From: Actinomycetota bacterium
GTDB taxonomy: Bacteria; Actinomycetota; UBA4738; HRBIN12
Length of the DNA stretch: 64,000 bases
Direction of reading: 5' to 3'
NCBI GenBank assembly: GCA_026003015.1
Contig: BPGL01000001.1
Location: 64,922 to 128,921, forward strand
The notes under the pieces are model-generated. The model saw only the letters and a list, made by a program, of their open reading frames with translations. It did not search any database and was not told the origin of the DNA. Numbering within the stretch: position 1 is the first letter of the stretch; each line of letters opens with the position of its first letter. The position numbers and the translations under genes are program-made. This document shows positions 1-8,679 of the stretch, one piece after another.

Positions 1-1059
1 GGGTCGACCGATCCGGCCTACGACTGGGTGACCGCCTTCGAGGAGGAAACCGGCTGCCAGGTGAACGTCAAGGTCGCCGGGACCTCCGACGAGATGGTCG
101 CCTTGATGCAGGGCGGGAGCGGCCAGTTCGACCTCGTCACGGCCTCCGGCGACGCGAGCCTGCGCCTGATCGAGGGCGGCACGGTGCAACCGGTCAACAT
201 CGACCTGATCGACAGCTGGGACACGGTCGACGACCGCCTGAAGGACGCGCCGTGGCACACGGTCGACACCGACGGCGACGGTACGGCCGAGCACTACGGC
301 ACGCCCTACCAGTGGGGGTCGAACGTCCTGCTCTACAACGAGGACGTGTTCGGGGACGAGCCGCCGACGAGCTGGAACGTCGTGTTCGAAGAGATGACCC
401 TGCCCGACGGGAAGTCGAACAAGGGCCGGATCCAGGCCTACGACGGCGCGATCTACGTGGCCGACGCGGCGCTGTACCTGCGCGCGCACCGGCCGGAGCT
501 CGGCATCGAGGACCCGTACGCGCTCACGCGCGAGCAGTTCAACGCCGCCATCGAGCTGCTCGTCCAACAGCGTGAGCTCGTGGGCCGCTACTGGCACGAC
601 GCGTTCGTGCAGATCGACGACTTCCAAAACGGCGAGGCCGTTGCGAGTTCGTCGTGGCCCTTCCAGGTGAACATCCTGGGCGAGGGGTTCGCGAGCGTCG
701 TTCCCGAAGAGGGGGCGACGGGGTGGGCGGACACGACGATGATGCACGTCGACGCCCCGCACCCGAACTGTGCGTACCTGTGGATGGAGCACTCGCTCGA
801 TCCGAAGGTCCAGGGCGACCTCGCTTCCTGGTTCGGGTCGGTGCCGGCGGTGCCCTCGGCCTGCGAGGGCAACGAGCTGCTCGGTCCCGACGGGTGCACG
901 ATCAACGGGATCGACAACTTCGACCAGATCGAGTTCTGGAAGACGCCTCAGGCCGACTGCTTCCGTGGCGACGGTTCGTCCGACTGCGTGCCCTACCACG
1001 AGTGGGTCACGAACTACGTCGCGGTGATCGGCGGGCGTGATCCGGTCGCCGGGACGTGA
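1..1059 (+). CDS. Polyamine-type (PotD/PotF-like) ABC transporter substrate-binding protein, 5' end truncated by the window edge
   Basis: The reading frame is open from base 1 (GSTDPAYDWVTAFEEETG...) and continues the listed ORF 28..1059. It has family-1 solute-binding protein motifs and is followed by two permease genes. Confidence 0.7.
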   Translation, partial: GSTDPAYDWVTAFEEETGCQVNVKVAGTSDEMVALMQGGSGQFDLVTASGDASLRLIEGGTVQPVNIDLIDSWDTVDDRLKDAPWHTVDTDGDGTAEHYGTPYQWGSNVLLYNEDVFGDEPPTSWNVVFEEMTLPDGKSNKGRIQAYDGAIYVADAALYLRAHRPELGIEDPYALTREQFNAAIELLVQQRELVGRYWHDAFVQIDDFQNGEAVASSSWPFQVNILGEGFASVVPEEGATGWADTTMMHVDAPHPNCAYLWMEHSLDPKVQGDLASWFGSVPAVPSACEGNELLGPDGCTINGIDNFDQIEFWKTPQADCFRGDGSSDCVPYHEWVTNYVAVIGGRDPVAGT

Positions 1060-1131
1060 GATCGAGCGTGCGCTCGCGGGCGCGCCGGAGCCCCGACGGG
1101 CTCTGGCGCGCCCGCGCCCACGGATGAGTCG

Positions 1132-2076
1132 ATGGTCGTGAGCGAGGCGCCGCCGCGGGCGGCGTCGGGTCCCGGGCGTCGGGTCGGGGCCGTCCTGTTC
1201 CGCCACCCGGCGCTGCGTCTCGCGCTCATGCTGCTCCCGGCGGTGCTGTGGCTGGGGGGCCTCTACATCGGCTCGCTGGGGATCCTGCTCACCTACAGCC
1301 TCTACCGGCTCCAGGAGTTCACCGGGCTCGTCGTCCGCGACGTGGGGCTCTCCACCTACGCGCTGCTGTGGCAGCCGGCGAACCGGGAGATCGTGGTGCG
1401 AACCGTCGCGATGGCGGCGTCCGTGACGGTCGCGTGCGCGGTGCTCGCGTTCCCCGTGGCCTACTACATGGCTCGCTACGCGACCCTGCGGATGCGCACG
1501 CTCCTGTACCTCGTCGTGATCATGCCGCTGTGGTCCAGCTACCTCGTGCGCTCGATCGCGTGGCGGGCGATCTTGGCGGGCGAGGGGCTGCTGCCGTGGG
1601 TCCTCGATCGGCTCGGGCTCGACGGCCTCCTCCGACTCGCGCTGCAGGCCCCGCTCGTGGGCGGGCCCTCGCTCGTGCAGTCGAAGCTCAGCCTGTTCAT
1701 CGTGTTCACCTACCTGTGGCTCCCGTTCATGATCCTGCCGGTCCACGCGGCCCTCGAGCGGGTCCCCGGGAGCCTGCTCGAGGCCTCGGCGGACATGGGC
1801 GCGCGACCGCGGACGACGTTCAGGCGGGTCGTTCTGCCGCTCGCCAAGCCCGGTGTCGTCGCCGGCTCGATCTTCACGTTCTCCCTCACCCTCGGCGACT
1901 TCATCCTCCCGCAGATCTTCGGGACCTCGGAGTTCTTCTTGGGGCAGATGGTCTACACGCAGGTCGGCGTGGCCGGGAACCTGCCCCTGGGCGCCGCCTT
2001 CACGTTCGTCGCGATGGCGATCATGCTCGTCTACCTCGGCGCGGCCAGGCGCGCGGGGGCGTTCGAGGCGCTGTGA
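1132..2076 (+). CDS. ABC transporter permease (PotB-like)
   Basis: 314 aa, multi-TM, with the EAA-loop region typical of PotB/PotH-type permeases. It lies directly downstream of the substrate-binding protein. Confidence 0.75.
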   Translation: MVVSEAPPRAASGPGRRVGAVLFRHPALRLALMLLPAVLWLGGLYIGSLGILLTYSLYRLQEFTGLVVRDVGLSTYALLWQPANREIVVRTVAMAASVTVACAVLAFPVAYYMARYATLRMRTLLYLVVIMPLWSSYLVRSIAWRAILAGEGLLPWVLDRLGLDGLLRLALQAPLVGGPSLVQSKLSLFIVFTYLWLPFMILPVHAALERVPGSLLEASADMGARPRTTFRRVVLPLAKPGVVAGSIFTFSLTLGDFILPQIFGTSEFFLGQMVYTQVGVAGNLPLGAAFTFVAMAIMLVYLGAARRAGAFEAL

Positions 2077-2879
2077 GGACGACCTCGACACCACGTGCCG
2101 GGCTCGGTCTTCGGATCGCCACGTTCCTCGTCGTCGCGTTCCTGTACGTGCCGCTGCTCGTGATGATCCTCTACGCCTTCACGACCCAAACGGCCGCGTT
2201 CACGTTCCCGCCTCCCGGCCTCACGACGCGGTGGTGGTCGATCGCGCTGGGCAACGAGCGCATGTGGGAGGCGCTGCGCCTGTCCCTCGTCGTAGCGGGG
2301 GTCTCGACGACGGCTTCGATCGTGATCGGTGGGCTGCTCGCCGCCGCCGTCTACCGCGCTCGGTTCGCGGGCCGCGACGCCCTCGCGTTCCTCGTGGTGC
2401 TGCCGATCGCGCTTCCGGGCATCGTCACCGGGATCGCGCTGCGGTCTACCTTCGCGCAGCTCGAGCTCGGCTTCAGCACGTGGTCGCTCGTCGTGGGGCA
2501 CACGACGTTTTGCATCGTGATCGTCTACAACAACGTCGTCGCGCGGCTCCGCCGGATGTCCCCGAGCCTGGCGGAGGCCTCAAGCGACCTCGGGGCGAGC
2601 GGATGGCAGACGTTCCGGCACGTCGTGATGCCGAACCTCGCGACCGCGGTCCTCGCGGGCGCGATCCTCGCGTTCGCCCTGTCGTTCGACGAGATCATCG
2701 TGACGACCTTCGTGGCCGGGCAGCAGCAGACGCTACCGATCTACATCTTCTCGATCCTGTTCCGGCCTCGGCAGAAGCCCGTCGTGAACGTCGTGGCGCT
2801 GGTGGCGATCGCGATCACGTTCGTCCCCGTCCTCGTGGCGCAGCTGCTCACGCGCGAGGAGGGCGGGCACGTCCGCTGA
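2073..2879 (+). CDS. ABC transporter permease (PotC-like)
   Basis: The GTG start at 2073 overlaps the stop of the upstream permease (GTGA). The C-terminal 268 aa of the long ORF 1248..2879 is a typical PotC/PotI permease. The upstream part of that ORF is a frame artefact. Confidence 0.7.
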   Translation: MRTTSTPRAGLGLRIATFLVVAFLYVPLLVMILYAFTTQTAAFTFPPPGLTTRWWSIALGNERMWEALRLSLVVAGVSTTASIVIGGLLAAAVYRARFAGRDALAFLVVLPIALPGIVTGIALRSTFAQLELGFSTWSLVVGHTTFCIVIVYNNVVARLRRMSPSLAEASSDLGASGWQTFRHVVMPNLATAVLAGAILAFALSFDEIIVTTFVAGQQQTLPIYIFSILFRPRQKPVVNVVALVAIAITFVPVLVAQLLTREEGGHVR

Positions 2880-2925
2880 GCTCGGCGTCGCCGGCCCGGC
2901 GGCGTTCGCGGGCGGAGGCAGGGTC

Positions 2926-3423
2926 TCAGAGGTACTGGCCGCCGCCGTCGCGGGAGGGCTGCATCGGCGGGTTCTGCGTGAGCAGGCCGCGGCGACGGAG
3001 CTCCTCGAACTGCGCGCGCGCGGCGGCCTGCTGTGCGAACATCGCCGCCTGGATCCCGTGGAACAGCCCCTCGAGCCACCCGACGAGCTGGGCCTGGGCG
3101 ATCCGGAGCTCCGATTCCGAGGGCGTCGCGCCCATCGGCGGCGCGAGCTCGGCGAGCTCCTCGCGCAGATCCTCGCTCAGCACGTCGCGGAGCTCTCCGA
3201 CCGCGCGGTCGTAGATCTGTGCGAGGCGCTTGCGACCCGCCTCGTCCGTGGAGGTCTGCCGCGTCTCCTCGAGCAGCTCGCGGACCATCGTCGCGATGCG
3301 GATCACCTTCGCCGGCTCGGTGATCGGCCCCTGGCGCTCGGTCCTGCCGTCGCTCGTGGCCTCGACCGGCACGGCGGGGAGCGCCTCGGCCGGCTCGGGT
3401 CCTCGATCCTCGACCTCGCTCAT
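2926..3423 (-). CDS. bpa: Bacterial proteasome activator Bpa/PafE-like protein (DUF2587)
   Basis: 165 aa, acidic and helical, ending in ...GGGQYL. A C-terminal GQYL is the hallmark 20S-docking motif of the mycobacterial Bpa (Rv3780) family. The upstream region has AGGTTGGGG as a ribosome-binding site. Confidence 0.65.
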   Translation of the reverse strand: MSEVEDRGPEPAEALPAVPVEATSDGRTERQGPITEPAKVIRIATMVRELLEETRQTSTDEAGRKRLAQIYDRAVGELRDVLSEDLREELAELAPPMGATPSESELRIAQAQLVGWLEGLFHGIQAAMFAQQAAARAQFEELRRRGLLTQNPPMQPSRDGGGQYL

Positions 3424-3448
3424 GGCCCCAACCTAGCACCGAGGCCGC

Positions 3449-4786
3449 TCAGGCGGGCTCGGCCAGGAACAGGGCCTCGGCCACGATCATCCGCTCGAGG
3501 TCCGCGAGGTCGACGCTCTCGTCGACGGAGTGCCAGTTCGAGCGGTGGTCGCCGGCGCCGACGATCAGCACCTGGATCCCGGGGAAGGTCTCGGCGAGCA
3601 CCGGGATCAGCGGAACCGATCCGCCGCTGCCCATCTCGAGGACCTCGGCGCCGTCGAAGGCCTGGGCCAGGGCGCGCCGCAGGGCCGCGAACGCCGGGGT
3701 GGTGCGGTCCACCAGGTAGCCGGCCCCCGCCTCAGCGCCCTCCACGCGCACGCGCACGCCCCAGGGGGCGGCCCGGCGGAGGTGCTCGGCGAGCAGATCG
3801 CGGGCCCGGGCGGGGTCGTCGCCCGGCGCGAGGCGAAGGCTGACGCGCGCCGCGGCCGTCGGGACGATCTGGTTCGACGACCCCTGGATCGAGGGGGCGT
3901 CGATGCCCAGCACGGCGAGGGCCGGCGAGGTGAACAGCCGGTCGGCGAGGCTCCCCGTGCCGATCAGCTCGACGCCCTCGAGCACGCCGGCCTCCTCGCG
4001 GAACCCCTGTTCCTCGACCGGGGCTCCCTCCCAGCGGAAGCGCCGAAGCCCCTCGATCGCCACGTCGCCCGCCTCGTCGTGCAGGCTCGCGAGGATCCGC
4101 GCGAGGGCCGTGATGGCGTCGGGGATCGGCCCGCCATAGGCGCCGCTGTGCTGGGCGATCGGGAGCACGTCCACGCGCACGACGCAGTCGGTCACGCCGC
4201 GCACGCTCGTGCCGATCGTGGGAACGCCGGTCCGGTGGTTGCCCCCGTCGGCGACGAGGGCGACGTCGGCCGCGAGCAGCTCCGCGTGCCCGCCGACGAG
4301 CTGCGGCAGGTGCTCGGTCGTGCACTCCTCCTCGCCCTCGACGAGGATCTTCACGCGGCAGCGGGCCCGCCCCCCCAGCGCGCGGATCGCGGCGGCGTGC
4401 ATCACGACGCCGGACTTGTCGTCGGCCGCGCCCCGCCCGTAGAGGCGGCCGTCGCGGACCTCGGGTTCGAACGGGGGCGACGTCCAGGCCGCGGGGTCGC
4501 CGGCGGGCTGGACGTCGTGGTGGGCGTAGAGCAGGACCGTCGGCGCCTGCGCCGGGCCGTCGAGCTCCGCGTACACGGCCGGGTGCCCGCCGTCGAGCTC
4601 GAGCAGCCGCGCGTCGGCCGCCCCGGCGGCCTCGAGGATCTCCCGCGTCGCCTCGGCGCTCGCGCGCACGTGCGCGGGGTCGTGGCCGGGGTGGCCGACC
4701 GAGGGGATCCGAACGAGCCGTTCGAGCTCGGCGACCGTGCGGGGGAAGTCCTCGCGGACCCGGGCCCGGAGCGCGGCGAGATCCAC
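3449..4786 (-). CDS. M20 family metallopeptidase (dipeptidase, ArgE/DapE-like)
   Basis: Within the 566-aa ORF the C-terminal ~445 aa carry M20 motifs (HHDVQP, GRGAADDKSG). Coding signal starts near the GTG at 4786, preceded by GGAG. The residues upstream are low-complexity R/P/G filler. Confidence 0.7.
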   Translation of the reverse strand: MDLAALRARVREDFPRTVAELERLVRIPSVGHPGHDPAHVRASAEATREILEAAGAADARLLELDGGHPAVYAELDGPAQAPTVLLYAHHDVQPAGDPAAWTSPPFEPEVRDGRLYGRGAADDKSGVVMHAAAIRALGGRARCRVKILVEGEEECTTEHLPQLVGGHAELLAADVALVADGGNHRTGVPTIGTSVRGVTDCVVRVDVLPIAQHSGAYGGPIPDAITALARILASLHDEAGDVAIEGLRRFRWEGAPVEEQGFREEAGVLEGVELIGTGSLADRLFTSPALAVLGIDAPSIQGSSNQIVPTAAARVSLRLAPGDDPARARDLLAEHLRRAAPWGVRVRVEGAEAGAGYLVDRTTPAFAALRRALAQAFDGAEVLEMGSGGSVPLIPVLAETFPGIQVLIVGAGDHRSNWHSVDESVDLADLERMIVAEALFLAEPA

Positions 4787-4806
4787 GGTCTCCAGCCTAG
4801 CGGTCC

Positions 4807-5451
4807 TCAGGGGGCGAGCCGCTCGATGCGCCACCCTTCGGCCGAACGCGCGTAGCGGAACCGATCGTGCAGCCGATCCTCGCGCCCCTGCCAGAACTCG
4901 AGCTCGTCGGGCACGAGGCGAAGGCCGCCCCAGTTCGGCGGCCGGGGGACCGCGTGGGGGAAGCGAGCGTCGACCTCGCGCACCCGCCGCTCGAGGTCCT
5001 CGCGGCTCGCGAGGACCTGGCTCTGGGGCGAGGCCCACGCCCCGAGCTGGGCCCCCCGCGGTCGATCGGCGAAGTACACGTCGGACTCCGCGTCGCTCAC
5101 GCGCTCGACCCGTCCGCGGACGGTCACCTGGCGGTCGAGGCGCTTCCACAGGAACACGAGGGCGGCGAAGGGGTTCTCCGCGAGCTCGCGGCCCTTGCGG
5201 CTGTCGAGGTTCGTGTAGAACGCGAACCCCCGGGCGTCCAGACCCCGGAGCAGGACGTGGCGGACGCTCGGGCGCGCGTCGGCTCCCGCCGTGGCGAGCG
5301 CCATCGCGTTGGGCAGCGGCACGCCGGCGCGCACGGCCTCCTCGAACCAGCGGCCGAACTGCGCGATCGGGTCGTCGTCGAGGTCTGCGCGCTCCAGCGG
5401 TGCTCGGGTGTGGGAGCCGGTCGGGGCTCGGATCGTGCGCGGGTCGATCAC
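4807..5451 (-). CDS. pdxH: Pyridoxamine 5'-phosphate oxidase
   Basis: The C-terminal 214 aa of ORF 4807..5853 match PdxH (FAFYTNLDSRKGREL, WGGLRLVPDELEFWQGR). A GTG at 5451 gives the canonical length. The N-terminal extension is an R/G-rich artefact. Confidence 0.75.
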   Translation of the reverse strand: MIDPRTIRAPTGSHTRAPLERADLDDDPIAQFGRWFEEAVRAGVPLPNAMALATAGADARPSVRHVLLRGLDARGFAFYTNLDSRKGRELAENPFAALVFLWKRLDRQVTVRGRVERVSDAESDVYFADRPRGAQLGAWASPQSQVLASREDLERRVREVDARFPHAVPRPPNWGGLRLVPDELEFWQGREDRLHDRFRYARSAEGWRIERLAP

Positions 5452-5549
5452 GGGTCCATCGTAGGGGGGCGGCGTCCCGATCGGGGACGCGGACCGGCCC
5501 CCGCGCCCGCGGGCGGCGCAGGGGCCGGATCGAGCGACGGCGCGACGCC

Positions 5550-5780
5550 TCAGGCGCGCGCCAGCTGGGCCCGGGCCGACACGAGCGCGGGGATCCGCGC
5601 GCCGACCCACAGCGCCGAGGCGCCGACCAGGCCGTAGACCACGCGGGTGATCGCGCTCGTCTCCCCGAAGTCGAGGCCGAACAGCGCCGCCACGAGGTCG
5701 AACTCCGCGACCGCCACGAGCCCCCAGTTCAGGGCACCGACCACCACGAGCACTAGCGCCAGGGTGTCGATCAGCTTCAT
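5550..5780 (-). CDS. DUF378 family small membrane protein
   Basis: The product is MKLIDTLALVLVVVGALNWGLVA...FDLVAALFG with two TM helices, typical of DUF378. GGGAGGGAG lies 7 nt upstream of the ATG at 5780. The longer ORF start at 5804 is not preferred. Confidence 0.65.
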   Translation of the reverse strand: MKLIDTLALVLVVVGALNWGLVAVAEFDLVAALFGLDFGETSAITRVVYGLVGASALWVGARIPALVSARAQLARA

Positions 5781-5876
5781 GAGCTGCTCCCTCCCTTCCT
5801 GCATCCCTGCGTCTAATATCTGTCGAGAGTGAGACTACGGCTTCACCGGCCAAGTGTCAAGAGTATGTAGAAGGTA

Positions 5877-6791
5877 GTGCCGAGATGTCGTAGAGTTGGG
5901 GGCGTGGGCGCGTCGAACGGATGGCTGCGGATCGGCGAGCTGGCTCGCCGCACCGGCTGTTCCCCCGCCCTGCTGCGGGCCTGGGAGCAGCGGTACGGGG
6001 TGCTGCAGCCGGCTCGCACGAAGGGGGGCTTCCGCCTGTACCGCGACAGCGACGTGGCCCGCGTCCGGCGCATGCGCGAGCTGATCGCGGGCGGCCTAGC
6101 GCCCGCGGAGGCCGCGCGCGTGGTGCTCGAGGAGCTGCAGCCCACCGGACCCGCGCTCGACGCGTCGCCCACCGCCGACGCAGCGATCGAGGGCGCGGCG
6201 GCCGCCGACCTCGTGGAGCGGCTCGAGGCCGCGCTCGAGCGCTTCGACGATCGCGAGGCCCAGGCGGTGCTCGACGAGGTGTTCGCCAGGCTCTCGGTGG
6301 AGTCGGCGATCCAGCGGGTCGTGCTCCCGTACCTGGAGCGACTGGGCACGCGCTGGTCGCAGGGCCTCGTGACGATCGCGCAGGAGCATTTCGCGTCGAA
6401 CGTGCTGCGCGCCCGGCTGCTCGGGCTCGCGCGGGGGTGGGGGAGCGGCGTCGGTCCGCTCGCCGTCCTCGCCTGCCCGCCGGGCGAGGAGCACGAGCTG
6501 GGGTTGATCGCGTTCGGGCTCGTGCTCTCGCGCCGGGGGTGGCGTGTCGCCTACCTGGGAGCCGACACGCCCCTGGAGACGCTCACCTCGACCGTCGATC
6601 TGCTCGAGCCCGCCGTCGTCGTGCTCGCGGCCTACGACCCCGAGCGCCTGCGGCCGCACCGAGAGGCCATCCGCCGGCTCGCGGCCTCGGTCCCCGTGGC
6701 GATCGGCGGCGCGCTCGGGGATCTCGACCCCGAGGAGCTCGGCGTCCGGGCGCTCGCGTCCGACGTCGTCGCGGCGGCCGCGGCCCTGTGA
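5877..6791 (+). CDS. MerR-family transcriptional regulator with C-terminal cobalamin-binding domain (CarH/LitR-type light sensor)
   Basis: The N-terminus has a MerR helix-turn-helix (LRIGELARRTG...GFRLY). The C-terminus has a B12-binding Rossmann domain with the His-on motif GEEHELG. The start is GTG at 5877, with an alternative GTG at 5904. Confidence 0.75.
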   Translation: MPRCRRVGGVGASNGWLRIGELARRTGCSPALLRAWEQRYGVLQPARTKGGFRLYRDSDVARVRRMRELIAGGLAPAEAARVVLEELQPTGPALDASPTADAAIEGAAAADLVERLEAALERFDDREAQAVLDEVFARLSVESAIQRVVLPYLERLGTRWSQGLVTIAQEHFASNVLRARLLGLARGWGSGVGPLAVLACPPGEEHELGLIAFGLVLSRRGWRVAYLGADTPLETLTSTVDLLEPAVVVLAAYDPERLRPHREAIRRLAASVPVAIGGALGDLDPEELGVRALASDVVAAAAAL

Positions 6792-6810
6792 GGAGCGGGC
6801 TCGGTCGGGC

Positions 6811-7773
6811 TCAAACGGTGACGACCACCTTGCCGAGGGCGTGACCCCGTTCGAGGTAGCGGACCGCCTCGGCGGCATCGACCAACGGGTAGGTCCGGCC
6901 GACCACCGGCGTAACGGCGCCCTGCTCGATCAGGCCGACGAGAGCCCGCAGGTCCTCGCCGGTCTCCTTCGCGATCACCGGGCGTAGCCGCTGCCTCGTC
7001 ACGAGCGAGAGGAGGGGGGCGCGCAGGATCTGGCGGAAGAACCCTCCCGTCCACTTCCCACCGCCGTCCCCGCCGACGATCGCGAGCGTGCCGGTCGGGG
7101 CGAGGAGGCGACGGAGCACGCGGAGCGGCCGCCGCCCCGCCGTGTCGACGATCGCGTCCCATCGGCCCGCGAGCGCTTCGCGCGTGTAGTCGATCACCTC
7201 GTCGGCGCCGAGCGAGCGCACGAGCGCCAGCTTCGACGTGCTCGCCACCCCGGTGACGTGGGCGCCGAAGGCCTTCGCCACCTGCACGGCCAGCGTGCCG
7301 ACGCCCCCGCCCGCGCCGATCACGAGCACGCGCATCCCCGGCTCCACGCGGACGACGTCGCGGATGGCCTGGAGGGCCGTGAGCCCCGAGATCGGCGCCG
7401 CGGCCGCCTCCTCGAAGGAGAGCCTCGCCGGCTTCGGCACCACGAGCGCGGCCCTGCCCACCGCGCGCTCGGCGAAGGAGCCCTCGACGATGCCGAGGAC
7501 CTCGTCGCCGGGCGCGACGTGGGTGACGTTCGCGCCGACGGCGTCGACGACCCCGGCGACGTCGCGCCCGCGAGGGTGCCGCCGCATCCTCTGAAACTCG
7601 GGCATCAGCCGTGCGAACCTCGGCAGCCCCGTCATCAGGTGCCAAACGTCCGGCCCGGCGCCGGCGGCCCGCACCTGGATCCGGACCTCGTCGTCGCCCG
7701 CGGTCGGCTCCGGAACCTCCTGGAGCTGGAGCACGTCAGCCGTCCCGTACCGGTCCTGCACGATCGCCTTCAT
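6811..7773 (-). CDS. NADPH:quinone oxidoreductase / zinc-type MDR family oxidoreductase
   Basis: 320 aa with an MDR fold (GAGGGVGTLAVQVAKAFGA nucleotide-binding motif). GGAGGGAG precedes the start. Confidence 0.75.
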   Translation of the reverse strand: MKAIVQDRYGTADVLQLQEVPEPTAGDDEVRIQVRAAGAGPDVWHLMTGLPRFARLMPEFQRMRRHPRGRDVAGVVDAVGANVTHVAPGDEVLGIVEGSFAERAVGRAALVVPKPARLSFEEAAAAPISGLTALQAIRDVVRVEPGMRVLVIGAGGGVGTLAVQVAKAFGAHVTGVASTSKLALVRSLGADEVIDYTREALAGRWDAIVDTAGRRPLRVLRRLLAPTGTLAIVGGDGGGKWTGGFFRQILRAPLLSLVTRQRLRPVIAKETGEDLRALVGLIEQGAVTPVVGRTYPLVDAAEAVRYLERGHALGKVVVTV

Positions 7774-7792
7774 CGGCTCCCTCCGCTCCGGG

Positions 7793-7807
7793 GTGTACGA
7801 TGTACAC
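7793..7807. promoter_or_regulatory. Palindromic operator GTGTAC-GAT-GTACAC in the qor/tetR divergent promoter
   Basis: Perfect 6-3-6 inverted repeat, 20 nt upstream of the qor start codon. A second copy lies 33 bp away. Confidence 0.6.
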
Positions 7808-7825
7808 CGACGCGCTCATCCTAGG

Positions 7826-7840
7826 GTGTACGTCGTACAC
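7826..7840. promoter_or_regulatory. Second palindromic operator GTGTAC-GTC-GTACAC
   Basis: Perfect 6-3-6 inverted repeat, 33 bp centre-to-centre from the first copy. It sits upstream of the tetR start. Confidence 0.6.
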
Positions 7841-7872
7841 TCGTCAACGTCCCGATCGCCGCGGGAGGGGGC

Positions 7873-8679
7873 ATGGGTGAGATCGCCGAGGCCAAGGCGG
7901 GTGCACGCGGTGCACGCGGTGCACGCGAGCCGCTGAGGCGCGACCGGATCCTGCGGACGGCGGTGGCCATCGCCGACGAGGGTGGTGTCGAGGCGATCAG
8001 CATGCGGCGGATCGCCCGTCGCCTCGGGGTCGTGCCCATGGCGCTCTACAAGCACGTGGAGAACAAGGACGATCTGCTGAACGGGATGATCGACGTCGTC
8101 GTCGGCGAGATCGACCCCGCGATCGAGGGCGCGGACTGGAAGACGGCGGTGCGTGAGCGGATCCTGTCCGCGCGCCGGACGTTGCTGCGCCACCCGTGGG
8201 CCGCCCGCGTGCTCGAATCGCGGACCGAGCCGACGCCGGCCATCATCGCCTACTTCGACTCGATGATGGGCATCTTCCTCGCGGGCGGCTTCTCGGTCGA
8301 CCTCATGCACCACGCCCTCCACGTGATGGGCAGCCGGATCCTCGGGTTCTCGCAGGAGCTGTTCGACGACGCCTCGAGCGCGCCCGACGAGGAGGCGATC
8401 GCGATGTGGTCGGAGATGGCCGAGCGCTATCCGAACATCGCCGCGCTCATCCGTGAGCTCGCCGCGGGCCAGATCTCCCACGAGCAGGCGACGGCCGTCG
8501 GTGGGGCATGCGACACGCAGGTCGAGTTCGAGTTCGCCCTCGATCTGATCCTCGACGGCCTCGAGCGCCTGCTCGCGTCGAGTCGAGATGGCTCCGACGT
8601 GGCACGGCCGAGTGCCTCCAAGGAGGCACGCACGACGGCCGATCCCGACGACGCGTCGGCCTCACCCGCCCCGATTTAG
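7873..8679 (+). CDS. TetR family transcriptional regulator
   Basis: N-terminal TetR helix-turn-helix (ISMRRIARRLGVVPMALYKHVENKDDLL). GGGAGGGGG precedes the start. It is divergent from the quinone oxidoreductase. Confidence 0.8.
   Translation: MGEIAEAKAGARGARGAREPLRRDRILRTAVAIADEGGVEAISMRRIARRLGVVPMALYKHVENKDDLLNGMIDVVVGEIDPAIEGADWKTAVRERILSARRTLLRHPWAARVLESRTEPTPAIIAYFDSMMGIFLAGGFSVDLMHHALHVMGSRILGFSQELFDDASSAPDEEAIAMWSEMAERYPNIAALIRELAAGQISHEQATAVGGACDTQVEFEFALDLILDGLERLLASSRDGSDVARPSASKEARTTADPDDASASPAPI

Noticed and set aside
1248-2879. A 543-aa ORF spanning both permease genes
   Set aside because: Only the C-terminal 268 aa, from the GTG at 2073, are protein-like. The N-terminal part is an R/A/G/P-rich alternative frame of the upstream permease gene. 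This is a typical high-GC frame artefact.
3033-4855. Many long overlapping ORFs (3058..3843, 3530..4855, 3732..4325 and others) on both strands
   Set aside because: They are Arg/Pro/Gly/Ala-rich, have no domain signatures and are fully embedded in the Bpa and M20 peptidase genes. They are shadow ORFs caused by a scarcity of stop codons at ~70% GC. The same applies to 6096..7645, 8508..9194, 14157..15386 (its last 48 codons are the receiver C-terminus reported as a pseudogene), 17111..18876, 21387..23970, 37022..38045, 44533..49077 and others.
5921-6844. 307-aa ORF in an alternative frame over the CarH/LitR-like regulator gene
   Set aside because: It has an R/G-rich composition. The MerR helix-turn-helix and B12-binding motifs are in the 5877 frame.
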